Below, piece after piece: positions 1-9,604 of a stretch of DNA of 64,000 nt. Position numbers and translations under genes: made by a program. A model generated the notes under the pieces. That model saw only the letters and a program-made list of their open reading frames with translations. It was not told the DNA's origin and ran no database searches. Each line of letters begins with the position of its first letter. Position 1 is the stretch's first letter. Source of the DNA: Schmidtea nova (taxonomy: Eukaryota); assembly GCA_044892505.1 (NCBI GenBank), contig CM097883.1, positions 336,784,001 through 336,848,000 on the forward strand, in the 5' to 3' direction.

Positions 1-655
1 CTTCAGATATTTTAAACCTTGTGTGTAATACATCATTCGAAAGGTAATACCGATGTGCACACAATGGTCATACCTTCGAAGGTGTATGGTGTGTGCTCAA
101 CCTTCAAGGGGTCAAAATCCTTCAAATATTTTTAAACATTACAAGTTATATATCAAACAAAAGGTAATTGAGATTTGAGTATGATGGTCAACCCTCGAAG
201 GTGGGTGGTCGACCCTTGAAGGGTCCAAGACTCAAAATTTTAAAAACTATATAATATATGTATCAAACAAAAGGTAATTGAAGGGTGCACACAATGGTCA
301 TACCCTTAAAGGGTCCAAGGTTCAAATTTTTAAAACTATATAATATGTATATCAAACAAAAGGTAATTGTGAGATGAGTGTGTGTGTGTGTTACAATTTG
401 CCAGCCGAGTGTGTGTTACAAATCCTTATTCAAACCTTATAATATACATATCATTCGAAAGGTAATTATGGTGTGTGTGTGTGTGTTATATTTTTTTCTA
501 TTTCCTACCTGAATTACAACAAAGACATTGCAATCCATGTGCAACGAAACAAACACTAATAAAACTTGTAATAATAATTTTTGCACACGTATCTTAGTGT
601 TTAAAACAAATAACAGTACGCATTGAACGCGCGTGGAACGCGCGTTCTTCTTCTC
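1..655. repeat. Left terminal inverted repeat of Polinton A (partial; cut by window edge and N gap), with internal degenerate direct repeats
   Basis: Position 1 pairs with 33926; a few mismatches/indels versus the right TIR; repeated TATCAAACAAAAGGTAATTG and GTGCACACAATGGTCATACC. Confidence 0.93.
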
Positions 656-919
656 NNNNNNNNNNNNNNNNNNNNNNNNNNNNNNNNNNNNNNNNNNNNN
701 NNNNNNNNNNNNNNNNNNNNNNNNNNNNNNNNNNNNNNNNNNNNNNNNNNNNNNNNNNNNNNNNNNNNNNNNNNNNNNNNNNNNNNNNNNNNNNNNNNNN
801 NNNNNNNNNNNNNNNNNNNNNNNNNNNNNNNNNNNNNNNNNNNTATAAAAATTCAAACAATCAAAAACTAAAATTGAAATTACTAAATTTTATTGAATAT
901 AACATTTATAAAATAACAA

Positions 920-1336
920 TTATGCATATCGTGCACTGTCAATTCTCCAAATTGGAGTTATAACATCTTTTGTATCGATTTTATATCCCTGAATGATTAT
1001 GGTAATAAACCAATTTTCTTGATCCTTGTATTCGATAGATTGGAAAGCATCATGGAAACGAGTTTTCCGGTTGTTGATCCATATAGTTTCCTTGCAACTT
1101 AAATTGTTATTGATTTTGAATAAAACTTTATTTAGTGCAACAACATCTTCTTTATTTAGATTTGCAGCTAAATTGTCATACAATGACTTTGTTAATTTCA
1201 CTGGATACGACAAACGAAATGGTATTTCTTGAACCAGGAAATAAATTTTGTAATCGTAATACATTTGTACTGGTTTCACTTCATTATTGATTTTTCTTTC
1301 TTCACTGATGTCATAAGTTGATTTACGTGCTGGCAT
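920..1336 (-). CDS. Conserved Polinton hypothetical protein (138 aa; LxCxE motif; possibly OB-fold/SSB-like)
   Basis: Colinear homolog at 26823-27239 in element B; LSCKE at aa 79-83. Confidence 0.8.
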   Translation of the reverse strand: MPARKSTYDISEERKINNEVKPVQMYYDYKIYFLVQEIPFRLSYPVKLTKSLYDNLAANLNKEDVVALNKVLFKINNNLSCKETIWINNRKTRFHDAFQSIEYKDQENWFITIIIQGYKIDTKDVITPIWRIDSARYA

Positions 1337-1941
1337 TTTTGAAATTGTGACAACATCTGAAAAATGTCTTTGTATTTATAGTGATGAGTAATGCCTTTGT
1401 CCAATCAAAATGACGCATTCTAACTGCACATGTTATGCAAGTCTTTGTTACATGCATGCATGCATGTCTTTGTTGCATACATTAGTACTTGTTGCATGCA
1501 TGTCTTTGTTGCACACGTATTTGCTACATGTCTGTCGTGTGTTAATTATACATGTATGTTTATTTTGTTGAAACTGATTTTGGAATACATGACTTTGTTG
1601 TAATTAATTCATGCATGTGTATTTATTATTGAAATTGTCTTTATTTATAAAAATTACTATTTAACATAATTCATTTAAATAAAACTTATTTAAAACTTAA
1701 TAAAAATTACTAGTAAACCTATTTCATTTCAAAAAACTAAATAAAAATTATTTTAAAATTATTTAAAAAATTTATTTAAAAACCGAATAAATAACTCATT
1801 AACAAAATAAAAAACTGAAACAGAAAAAACTAAAATAACAATGATAAAAGATTTATTAAATAATAAAATGTGAATACATAAAATGTGTCTAATTAAAATG
1901 AAAATACACAAATAAATAAAAACATATAACATTTATAATGT

Positions 1942-2595
1942 TTATTCTGCAATCTCTATATTTGAAAGCTTGCAATGGCATTGATCGCAATCAGGCGATT
2001 GAGGCGATTCAATACATTTGTTTTCGTCGCATTGATCCATAGCAGTCCAACAACCAAAAGATAATTGTAATTCAGGCAATTCATCTAAATGATCAGGTGA
2101 ATTATCGCAATCATGCGATTTATCGCAATCTGGCGATTTATCGCAATCTGGCGATTTTTCATCATCCGACGCTTTGGGTGTTGAATTTGGCCATTGCTTT
2201 GGAATCTCGTCCTCGTCAATTTTTTCCAATTTCTTGGAATCCATTTCAAATTGGTGGAGGGCGTTTCGTAACATCCAGACCCGATACTTCTGTATACGGT
2301 CCATACAATGGCCGCATTGGTATGCGCACAAGATGTGCTCCGCCATATATGGCATTTCACTGTCCCGATTAGCCAGATGATCCAGTAAGACCTGATGAAT
2401 ATCGATCCCAGTCAGGCATTGAATTTTGTAGGGAAAGAGCTCCGGTGCTGTATAGGTCAGCTTCGGCATCAGCATCGGATAGATTTCCTCAAGTTTACCG
2501 TAAAGTACGGAAATTAATTTCTCTAAAATGAAAAAATTATAAAAATGAAAAAATAGTAAACTTTAAAATTTACCATATTTCATTATCTCGGGCAT
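1942..2595 (-). CDS. Conserved Polinton hypothetical Cys/His + acidic protein, two exons (intron 2523-2573)
   Basis: ATG 2595, 22-nt exon, 51-nt GT-AG phase-1 intron giving MPEIMKYEKLISVLYGKLEE; same intron in homolog 25629-26312; EHILCAYQCGxC and SPQSPDC motifs shared. Confidence 0.8.
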
Positions 2596-2680
2596 TTTGT
2601 GATTGTGAATATAAATGATAGCAAAATGTTAATTGTATATATACGATAGAAGCACAAAGAATGTACAAAATATTACACAC

Positions 2681-2751
2681 TGAACCAATCAAATTCGAGC
2701 ATGCATGACATGTCTTTATTATCGATATACACACTGAACCAATCAGAATCG
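2681..2751 (-). promoter_or_regulatory. Putative promoter: two CCAAT boxes plus TATCGATA (DRE-like)
   Basis: CCAAT 2685 and 2739, TATCGATA 2720-2727; the same arrangement is conserved at ~25481-25550 in B. Confidence 0.45.
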
Positions 2752-2778
2752 TGCATTAATATTGTAGATTTATTGCAA

Positions 2779-3246
2779 TCATGAGTCACACGATAATATG
2801 AAATCGGCAAAGGCTTTATCTTCAATAATTGATTTTACATCATTAATAATAATATCAACTATATTTAAATAGTCTTTGTTTTTTAAACCTAATATAACTA
2901 CTTTACCGCTTGCAAATATATTAACGCACATGGGGTTATATTTTGTATATCTCAAAGCTGGAAATATTTCTGGTTCGTAAACACATTCTATTAATTTAGC
3001 CAAATCACTTAAATTACAATTAAATCCCAAGTCTGTCGTTACAGTGATTGATTGTATTGTTAAATTGTAAAACTTTACTTTTTCATCACTAATAAATTCC
3101 TTACATCCCATAATTCTATATCTCCCGGTCTTAAAATATATTATCGGATATTTACCACTTCTATCAACAATTTGCTGTGGTTTCCCATTTGGAAAATTCA
3201 TGTGAGATACATCAGTCTTACCCTTATAATTTATGTTGCTAATCAT
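2779..3246 (-). CDS. TATA-binding-protein-like protein (divergent TBP fold, 155 aa)
   Basis: YEPEIFPALRY...IFASGKVVILGLK matches TBP repeat 2 (YEPELFPGLIY...IFVSGKVVLTGAK); YFKTGRYRIMGCK matches repeat 1 (IFSSGKMVCTGAK); ATG 3246 chosen by homology to 24986. Confidence 0.85.
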   Translation of the reverse strand: MISNINYKGKTDVSHMNFPNGKPQQIVDRSGKYPIIYFKTGRYRIMGCKEFISDEKVKFYNLTIQSITVTTDLGFNCNLSDLAKLIECVYEPEIFPALRYTKYNPMCVNIFASGKVVILGLKNKDYLNIVDIIINDVKSIIEDKAFADFILSCDS

Positions 3247-3337
3247 TACTGAAATTTTTTTAAATATGACAATAATAAAAACAACTATTATTTTAAACAA
3301 ATATAAACAATAATAATAAATTAATAAAATTTGAAAA

Positions 3338-3961
3338 ATGGAATTAAGAAATGATGCAGTGTTTCAAATTGTTGGACCGAGCGGGAGTGGAAAAACTATA
3401 TATGTTTGTAAATTATTACAATCAAAATTATTCAAATCAAAGTTTAATAAAATTTATTGGCATAGGGGTGCGGATGATGAACATGGAATGACTCAAGATC
3501 AATTTTGTAAAATAAAAATGACTATAATAAAAGGTTTCGATAAAAATTGGTCATCAAGATTAAGAGAAGGGGATGTGATTATTATTGATGATTTGTACCA
3601 AGAAGCAAATAAAGAAAAGGATTTTAATAATTTATTTACAAAAATCGCTAGACACAAGGGTGTTACAGTCATTTTTATTACTCAGAATTTATTTCATCTG
3701 GGCGGCAGTCATCGAACTCGTAATTTAAATGTTCAATATCTTGTTGTTTTTAAAAATCCTAGAGACGCAACAGTTATTGATTTTCTTGCAAGACAAGCAT
3801 ACCCTTCTAATCGTAATTTCTTGATTGAAGCATTCCAAGATGCCACAAAAGCCCCTCATGGATATCTTTTTCTTGATTTCACGCAACAATGTAGTGATGA
3901 TTTAAGAGTTAGAACAGATATTTTCAACAAGGAAGGAGCCATGGTTTATAAACAAAGTTAA
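3338..3961 (+). CDS. A32/FtsK-like DNA packaging ATPase
   Basis: Walker A GPSGSGKT, Walker B IIIDD, ARH and ITQN motifs. Confidence 0.95.
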   Translation: MELRNDAVFQIVGPSGSGKTIYVCKLLQSKLFKSKFNKIYWHRGADDEHGMTQDQFCKIKMTIIKGFDKNWSSRLREGDVIIIDDLYQEANKEKDFNNLFTKIARHKGVTVIFITQNLFHLGGSHRTRNLNVQYLVVFKNPRDATVIDFLARQAYPSNRNFLIEAFQDATKAPHGYLFLDFTQQCSDDLRVRTDIFNKEGAMVYKQS

Positions 3962-3981
3962 CTAGATGTATATTATCAATC

Positions 3982-4524
3982 ATGTTAATGAAATCTAGAG
4001 TAAAGTTTGAGCGCTTGATAAAGGCTAGAAAAATGAAGAAACCGGGAAAGAAATTAGTTTCAAAGAAAGTATTTACAAAGAAAACAAAGAAACCAGTTCC
4101 AAAAACTAGTTATACACCATCTAAAAAATTACTTATTGATAATATCCCAAAAAGTAATCGTATTCAAAATACTTACAAACCAAATCCAAAACAACTAAAT
4201 CATCGTAGTTTCCCATTTTTCAATGCATTACTTAAAGCCCCTAGTATTAGAAGAATGAGTATTTTACAATCGTTTCCTAATTACGTTATTGACGATTTAC
4301 TAATGATTTTAATTAAAGTTGTTAGAGGTAAAATCAATATAAGTGAATCTAATAGAAGAGTTTTGAACAAACACAAGAAACCATTGTTATCACTTGTAAA
4401 AACCAAAAATAGAAAATTAATGCGTAAAATAATATATAAACAACAAGGAGGGTTTATTGCAGCATTGTTACCATTAGCATTATCACTATTAGGAGGTGCT
4501 GGTTTATTAGGAAAACAGTCATAA
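3982..4524 (+). CDS. Lys-rich putative virion core protein with C-terminal QQGG-FIAALLPLAL hydrophobic peptide
   Basis: Very basic; adenain-like xGG cleavage site followed by an amphipathic segment; homolog 23739-24248. Confidence 0.65.
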   Translation: MLMKSRVKFERLIKARKMKKPGKKLVSKKVFTKKTKKPVPKTSYTPSKKLLIDNIPKSNRIQNTYKPNPKQLNHRSFPFFNALLKAPSIRRMSILQSFPNYVIDDLLMILIKVVRGKINISESNRRVLNKHKKPLLSLVKTKNRKLMRKIIYKQQGGFIAALLPLALSLLGGAGLLGKQS

Positions 4525-4527
4525 ACA

Positions 4528-4749
4528 ATGGGACAATCATTGCCTAATCTTAATTTAAACTTTAAATCTTCTTGTTGTAATGGAGAAGATTTGGACCAAC
4601 CCAAAACACGAAGCAGGTTTCGGTGGAGTCAAAAAGCTAAGCAAAAATGTATCGAATTCGAAAAAACAGACTCAAAGTTGGTTATCGGGGCAACTTGCAT
4701 ACAGTCTAAACAAACCTATGCTGAAACGGTTTCCGACTCGAGCATATAA
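4528..4749 (+). CDS. Small protein (73 aa) overlapping the integrase 5' end in another frame
   Basis: Same start, length and stop in B (23514-23735); the 4 codon differences in the 17 non-overlapped codons are all synonymous. Confidence 0.65.
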   Translation: MGQSLPNLNLNFKSSCCNGEDLDQPKTRSRFRWSQKAKQKCIEFEKTDSKLVIGATCIQSKQTYAETVSDSSI

Positions 4750-5627
4750 AACATATAGAATTAATGATTTGTGGCAAATGGATTTGATGGAAATAATTCC
4801 GTATTCAAAAATTAACAAGGGATACAAGTATATTTTAACATGTATTGATGTTTACAGTCGTTTCGCTCGAGCTATTCCGGTAAAATCTAAATCTGCTAAT
4901 GATATGGCAATCGCAATCAAAACAATGTTCAAAAGTGGACGTCCAACTAATTTACAAACTGATTTGAGTAAGCTAATAAATATTTTAGAAAATGATAATT
5001 ATTTATCTAGGTAAGGAATTTTACAATAGCAAAGTCAAAGAAATTATAAAGGGAATCAATCATTACTCAGTATTCTCTCAATTCAAAGCCGCTCATGTTG
5101 AAAGATTTAATCGTACATTACGAGATCGTCTCAAAAAGTATTTTGTACATCAAGGTAATAAAATATGGATTAATGTTTTACCACAAATGATTCATAGTTA
5201 TAATCATTCTGCTCATCGAGGTATAAATGGAAGGAAACCTGCTGAAGTAGTTGATACTAAAAAAATTTTGAATGATACAATAATAAAGAAACCAAAATAT
5301 AAAATAGGTGATCATGTTCGAATTAGTAAAATTAGTGCATCGCCATTCATTAAAAATTTTTATAGTAATTGGAGTGATGAGGTATTTAAAATATCGAAAG
5401 TCAACACAGTCCAGAATCCTGTCATGTATACTATTTCTGACTCTGATAACAATATAGTCAGTGGGAAATTCTATGAACAAGAATTACAAGTTATTCCCCC
5501 TCCCACAATATTTAGAATTCAAAAAATATTGAAAACTAAAATGGTAGGTAAGGATAAACAATACTATGTAAAGTGGCATGGATATAAAGAACCATCATGG
5601 ATATCGTCAAAAGACCTAGTAAAGTGA
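4580..5627 (+). CDS. int: Retroviral-like DDE integrase with C-terminal chromodomain; two exons (intron 4968-5010)
   Basis: WQMDL, QTDL|SKEF, VERFNRTL; YYVKWHGY chromodomain; 43-nt GT-AG intron restores the frame (334 aa). Confidence 0.93.
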
Positions 5628-6643
5628 ATTTCTATACTATATTACCAAGTAATAGCTGTCCACTAATACATCCAGACAATCAAGCCAGTAAATTCATGGT
5701 CAATCTCCAAAATCCAATTTATTTAAATGGTAATTGGGAAGTTGCATTACAAGATTTCACGTTTGTGTACAATACATTTCCATTTTATAGTCAATGTAAG
5801 ATTGATTACAAAAGAATTGAAAATAGAACATGCAGTGGTCAATTCATCATCAACAATTTTGAAAGGATATATACTATTCCTAACCAAAATTTGAATGTTC
5901 ATTGTAGTATGTATTTCAGCAATGGTTGTTTAAAAATTAATTGTGATTTTACTCCATATACAATTACATTTAAAAATATTGAAGAAGCCAAGCGAATGGG
6001 AAGTCATCAACTTAAAATTGTAAGTACACTAAAAGAATATCAATTAAAGTTCATATTATTTGAACCGAATAGTTATTTGAAAGAAGATTTTACAGTGACA
6101 ATATCACATGATGCAGAAATTGAAGATACATTTACATTTGCAAATGATTTGTATATAATGCAACTGGAAGATTTATCTAAATATTTATCATTCAATTGTT
6201 CCCATATCTTTAAAACTCTAGAGATTAATAAATGGTTCCAATTCTGTCTCAATGATAATATTAGTGAAGTTACATTTGATAAAAACTTGGTCAATACTTT
6301 AGGATTAGCTAAACAAACGTATAGAGACCGAAACCTTGTCGATGGGACTGTGAAACCTAAAATACTTGTTCATCATCAACAAATGTTCATTTACAGTAAC
6401 ATTATTGAACCAATAATTGTCGGTGATTCTCTGGTTCCCCTACTAAAATCGGTATGGATCGAAAAATATGAACAGGATGAAGTTGTACAAATAGTAATGG
6501 ATAATCCAATGTACTTACCTATTTCTACCTCATGTATAAACAATATAGAAATAAATATACGTGACGATAGTGGTAAATTAATAAATTTTCCAAAAGATTC
6601 AAAAACACATTTGACATTACATTTTCGTAGATTAAATGAGTAA
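5597..6643 (+). CDS. Minor capsid protein (penton-like)
   Basis: FYTILPSNS...WEVAL N-terminus and IEINIRDDSG...LTLHFR C-terminus typical of Polinton mCP. Confidence 0.85.
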   Translation: MDIVKRPSKVNFYTILPSNSCPLIHPDNQASKFMVNLQNPIYLNGNWEVALQDFTFVYNTFPFYSQCKIDYKRIENRTCSGQFIINNFERIYTIPNQNLNVHCSMYFSNGCLKINCDFTPYTITFKNIEEAKRMGSHQLKIVSTLKEYQLKFILFEPNSYLKEDFTVTISHDAEIEDTFTFANDLYIMQLEDLSKYLSFNCSHIFKTLEINKWFQFCLNDNISEVTFDKNLVNTLGLAKQTYRDRNLVDGTVKPKILVHHQQMFIYSNIIEPIIVGDSLVPLLKSVWIEKYEQDEVVQIVMDNPMYLPISTSCINNIEINIRDDSGKLINFPKDSKTHLTLHFRRLNE

Positions 6644-7016
6644 TCCCGATATAATTTCATTGTACAGTAATAGCCAAACCGGTGGCGAATTACCGTATTT
6701 TGTAAGTAAACAGTATGGATCAGGTTGGTTAAAAACTATTGGAAGATTTGCACTTCCAATACTTAAGCGAATAGGTAGTTTTGGATTCAATACTGCCAAG
6801 GATGTAATCATGAAAGATAATAAACTATTACCGTCATTGAAAACAAATGCTTTGGCCGCAGTTAATAAAGCTATACCTGCTGTAACACAAATGATTCCTT
6901 CAATTACAAATATGTTTACAAAAAATGAACCGGAACCTGTACCAGTAGGACCAAGACGTAAACGAAAACGTATAAACAAACGAATGAAAGGTCATGGAAC
7001 TATATTTGAAGAATGA
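6636..7016 (+). CDS. Putative internal virion protein (adenovirus pVI/pX-like)
   Basis: QTGG, QYGSG and KGHG glycine motifs, amphipathic WLKTIGRFALPILKR, basic C-terminus; lies between mCP and MCP. Confidence 0.65.
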   Translation: MSNPDIISLYSNSQTGGELPYFVSKQYGSGWLKTIGRFALPILKRIGSFGFNTAKDVIMKDNKLLPSLKTNALAAVNKAIPAVTQMIPSITNMFTKNEPEPVPVGPRRKRKRINKRMKGHGTIFEE

Positions 7017-8233
7017 TTTGCGGTAAATCTGAATTATGTATTTTTGATCGACCAAGCCCCCAAGCAGTTATTGAATATGGGGTGTTTGAAGATGTGTTTC
7101 CAATGAATTCTATTACAGATAGTAGAAATGATGTGGAATTTTACATTAATGGTTCACAAACCGAATATTTGGATTTGAACGATACGTTATTATCCGTTAC
7201 GGTCAAAGTTGTAGATAAAGATAAAAAGAACTTAGTTGATGCGAGTGATGTAGTACCTAATAATTACTTGTTTCATACACTTTTCAAAGATGCAATTCTT
7301 GGATTTAATAATATAAAAATCGAAGGTGGAAACAATACATATGCACACAAGGCAATAATCGAAACTATTTTAAATTGTACGAATGATTCAAAAGAAACTT
7401 GTCTTACTCCAATGGGATATGGGGCAAGTGACGATAGAAAAAAGTGGATCAAGGGATCGAAACTTTTTAACATGTGTTCATCATTACAACTCGATTTTAT
7501 GGATCAACCTAAATACTTACTTCCCGGAGTTAATGTACATATTAGATTGAAGCGATCTGATTCTGCATTATCATTGAAATCAGCAACTGGGAAACCAATA
7601 ATCCAATTAGTAGACGCTAAATTAATGGTTCGAAGAGTTCGGTGTGAATCTTCAGTTTTGGCCGGTCATCAAATTGGTTTAAATAGCAAACATGCAATTT
7701 ATCCGATAAAATCCAAAGAAATCGTATCGTTTGCAATTGGTAAAGGTGCATCATCATTTTACAAGGAGCAAATATTTGGAGATAAAAGAATGCCTAATTT
7801 CATTCTTGTGGCTTTTCAAACAGAAAATCAATATAACGGGTCTTATGCTGAATCTTCATCTACATTCAAACACTTTAATGTAACTTCATTATCATTATCG
7901 AAAAATACCGATTATCGAGAAACTTATACTCAAGATTTTGAAAATGATAATTTGAGTGCCACATATATGCAAAGTCTTGTTAGAAATTTAGGATATTTAG
8001 ATAAAAACTTGAATTGTGGTATAAGTCTCGATGAATTTAAATCAAGTTATCCATTCTTTACTTTTGTTCTTGCTCCTGATTTTGACTTGAATCAAAGTCA
8101 AATCCCGCAAAATGGGAATTTACGATTAGATATCAAATTTGGTAAAGCCATTGACGAACCGGTTCATGTAATAATATATGGATTGTTTGAAAATGAAGTA
8201 CAAATTACTGCGAATCGAACTGTATTAGTTTGA
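7013..8233 (+). CDS. Major capsid protein (double jelly-roll)
   Basis: CGKSELCIF start, 406 aa, PFFTFVLAPD...NLRLDIKF; syntenic position; near-identical to 20033-21253. Confidence 0.9.
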   Translation: MICGKSELCIFDRPSPQAVIEYGVFEDVFPMNSITDSRNDVEFYINGSQTEYLDLNDTLLSVTVKVVDKDKKNLVDASDVVPNNYLFHTLFKDAILGFNNIKIEGGNNTYAHKAIIETILNCTNDSKETCLTPMGYGASDDRKKWIKGSKLFNMCSSLQLDFMDQPKYLLPGVNVHIRLKRSDSALSLKSATGKPIIQLVDAKLMVRRVRCESSVLAGHQIGLNSKHAIYPIKSKEIVSFAIGKGASSFYKEQIFGDKRMPNFILVAFQTENQYNGSYAESSSTFKHFNVTSLSLSKNTDYRETYTQDFENDNLSATYMQSLVRNLGYLDKNLNCGISLDEFKSSYPFFTFVLAPDFDLNQSQIPQNGNLRLDIKFGKAIDEPVHVIIYGLFENEVQITANRTVLV

Positions 8234-8375
8234 GCAGAGCTCAAAAATTACTGTTTTGAGCAGAGCTCAAACATTATTAGTTTGTGCAGGTATAAATGAA
8301 CCAAATGATAGAAATAATTGTCATGGAGTAAGTTTTTTAATTACTAAAATACTTAATTAAATTAGTTCTGTTCAG

Positions 8376-8699
8376 GTATATAGACTTGGTAAAAAACTAT
8401 TGGGAAATCAATTTATTGGAGTTTATCCACTAGATAAAATTCCGTATTTAGATATTAATCAGGCCATCATTGTAAATACTCAGACATCTACTTTGGGCGG
8501 TGAGCATTAAATTGCTGTTTATGTGAAACCGGATCGAATACATGTATTTGATCCATTTGGATATTATTATCCCAATTTACTAGTTCGAAAATTGCAGACT
8601 ATGGGTAAACCGATTGTATATAATAGAATTCGGTATCAACATCCATTCTCGACCACTTGTGGTCAACATTGCCTTGCATGGCTAAAATCTATGTTATAA
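8376..8699 (+). pseudogene. Adenain-like cysteine protease with premature stop
   Basis: GEH*(TAA 8508-8510, TGG in B), FDPFG, YQ, TCGQHC; preceded by intron-like 8328-8375. Confidence 0.85.
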
Positions 8700-8733
8700 A
8701 CAATTTAGTTTAATAAATTTTGTTGTGAAAAAA

Positions 8734-9150
8734 ATGACTTGTTATTTTATTGATATTTACGGTTATAATGATATGGGAGGATTAATTATTAAAGAATTAT
8801 GTATTATGAATGTTAATAATATTTTTAAACCAAAGTATTATATATACAATGATTTACCGTTCTGGGCTGGAATTGGAATTCCCGATCGATTAGAATGGTA
8901 TGAAGGACAAGATTACTTTTGCCCAACATGTATTATGAATGATATTGAAGATACTAGTGCTATTTTCTATGTCACTGATGCTGATAAACTCCAAGTCTTG
9001 AAGAAATATTTCCCGAAATTGAGATTAATTAAATATAATTTTAAAGAAATTGAAGATGTTCCAGATAATATATCATGTCCATATAGGGATCATAGTATGT
9101 GTGCCTATAAAGGATGTTTGAGTGCAGTTATTGATTATTTAAAGCAATAA
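8734..9150 (+). CDS. DEDD/DnaQ-exonuclease-like Polinton protein with C-terminal Cys/His cluster
   Basis: YFIDIYG...IIKELCI N-terminus, CPYRDHSMCA; homolog 19121-19522. Confidence 0.6.
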   Translation: MTCYFIDIYGYNDMGGLIIKELCIMNVNNIFKPKYYIYNDLPFWAGIGIPDRLEWYEGQDYFCPTCIMNDIEDTSAIFYVTDADKLQVLKKYFPKLRLIKYNFKEIEDVPDNISCPYRDHSMCAYKGCLSAVIDYLKQ

Positions 9151-9192
9151 ATGTATTGTTATTTTAATAAATTTTAATAATGTGTATTAATG

Positions 9193-9243
<51 letters not shown>

Positions 9244-9604
9244 TTATAAATATTATTATCATCTCTTTATTTTATAAATGTAATTATTATTATTATTTTA
9301 TAAATATTATTAAATTATTCGTCACATGTATATCATAAAGCATGATGACATCAACAAAGTCTTTGTCGATAAAGTCACGACATAAAGACACATGGGGTCG
9401 TGAACTTACATGTCTTTATGTAGTCACATAACAACTATCGTGACATAAACAAACATGCAGTATGTGTGCATTTATTTCCCTATCCTATCTCGATTCTGAT
9501 TGGATGGTTAATAAAACTTGAAATTATCTGCTTTATATAGTCTATACTTGTATTATTTCGTCACTTTTAATCACAAAATCTATTATCAAGTTTTTTAAAT
9601 AAAA

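Noticed and set aside
437-871. ORFs spanning N runs (also 11940-12567 and 32727-33302)
   Set aside because: Artefacts of gaps or masked low-complexity sequence; content unknown.
4554-4560. TTTAAAC slippery heptamer in the small overlapping ORF
   Set aside because: A -1 shift hits TAA two codons later; the integrase is in the +1 frame.
4281-7473. Antisense ORFs opposite Polinton genes (also 21287-23088, 14208-16005)
   Set aside because: Shadow frames of conserved coding sequence; no independent evidence.
8508-8510. APOBEC/RIP-like G->A hypermutation of element A (TGG->TAA; G->A at 4967)
   Set aside because: Too few events to distinguish from ordinary decay.
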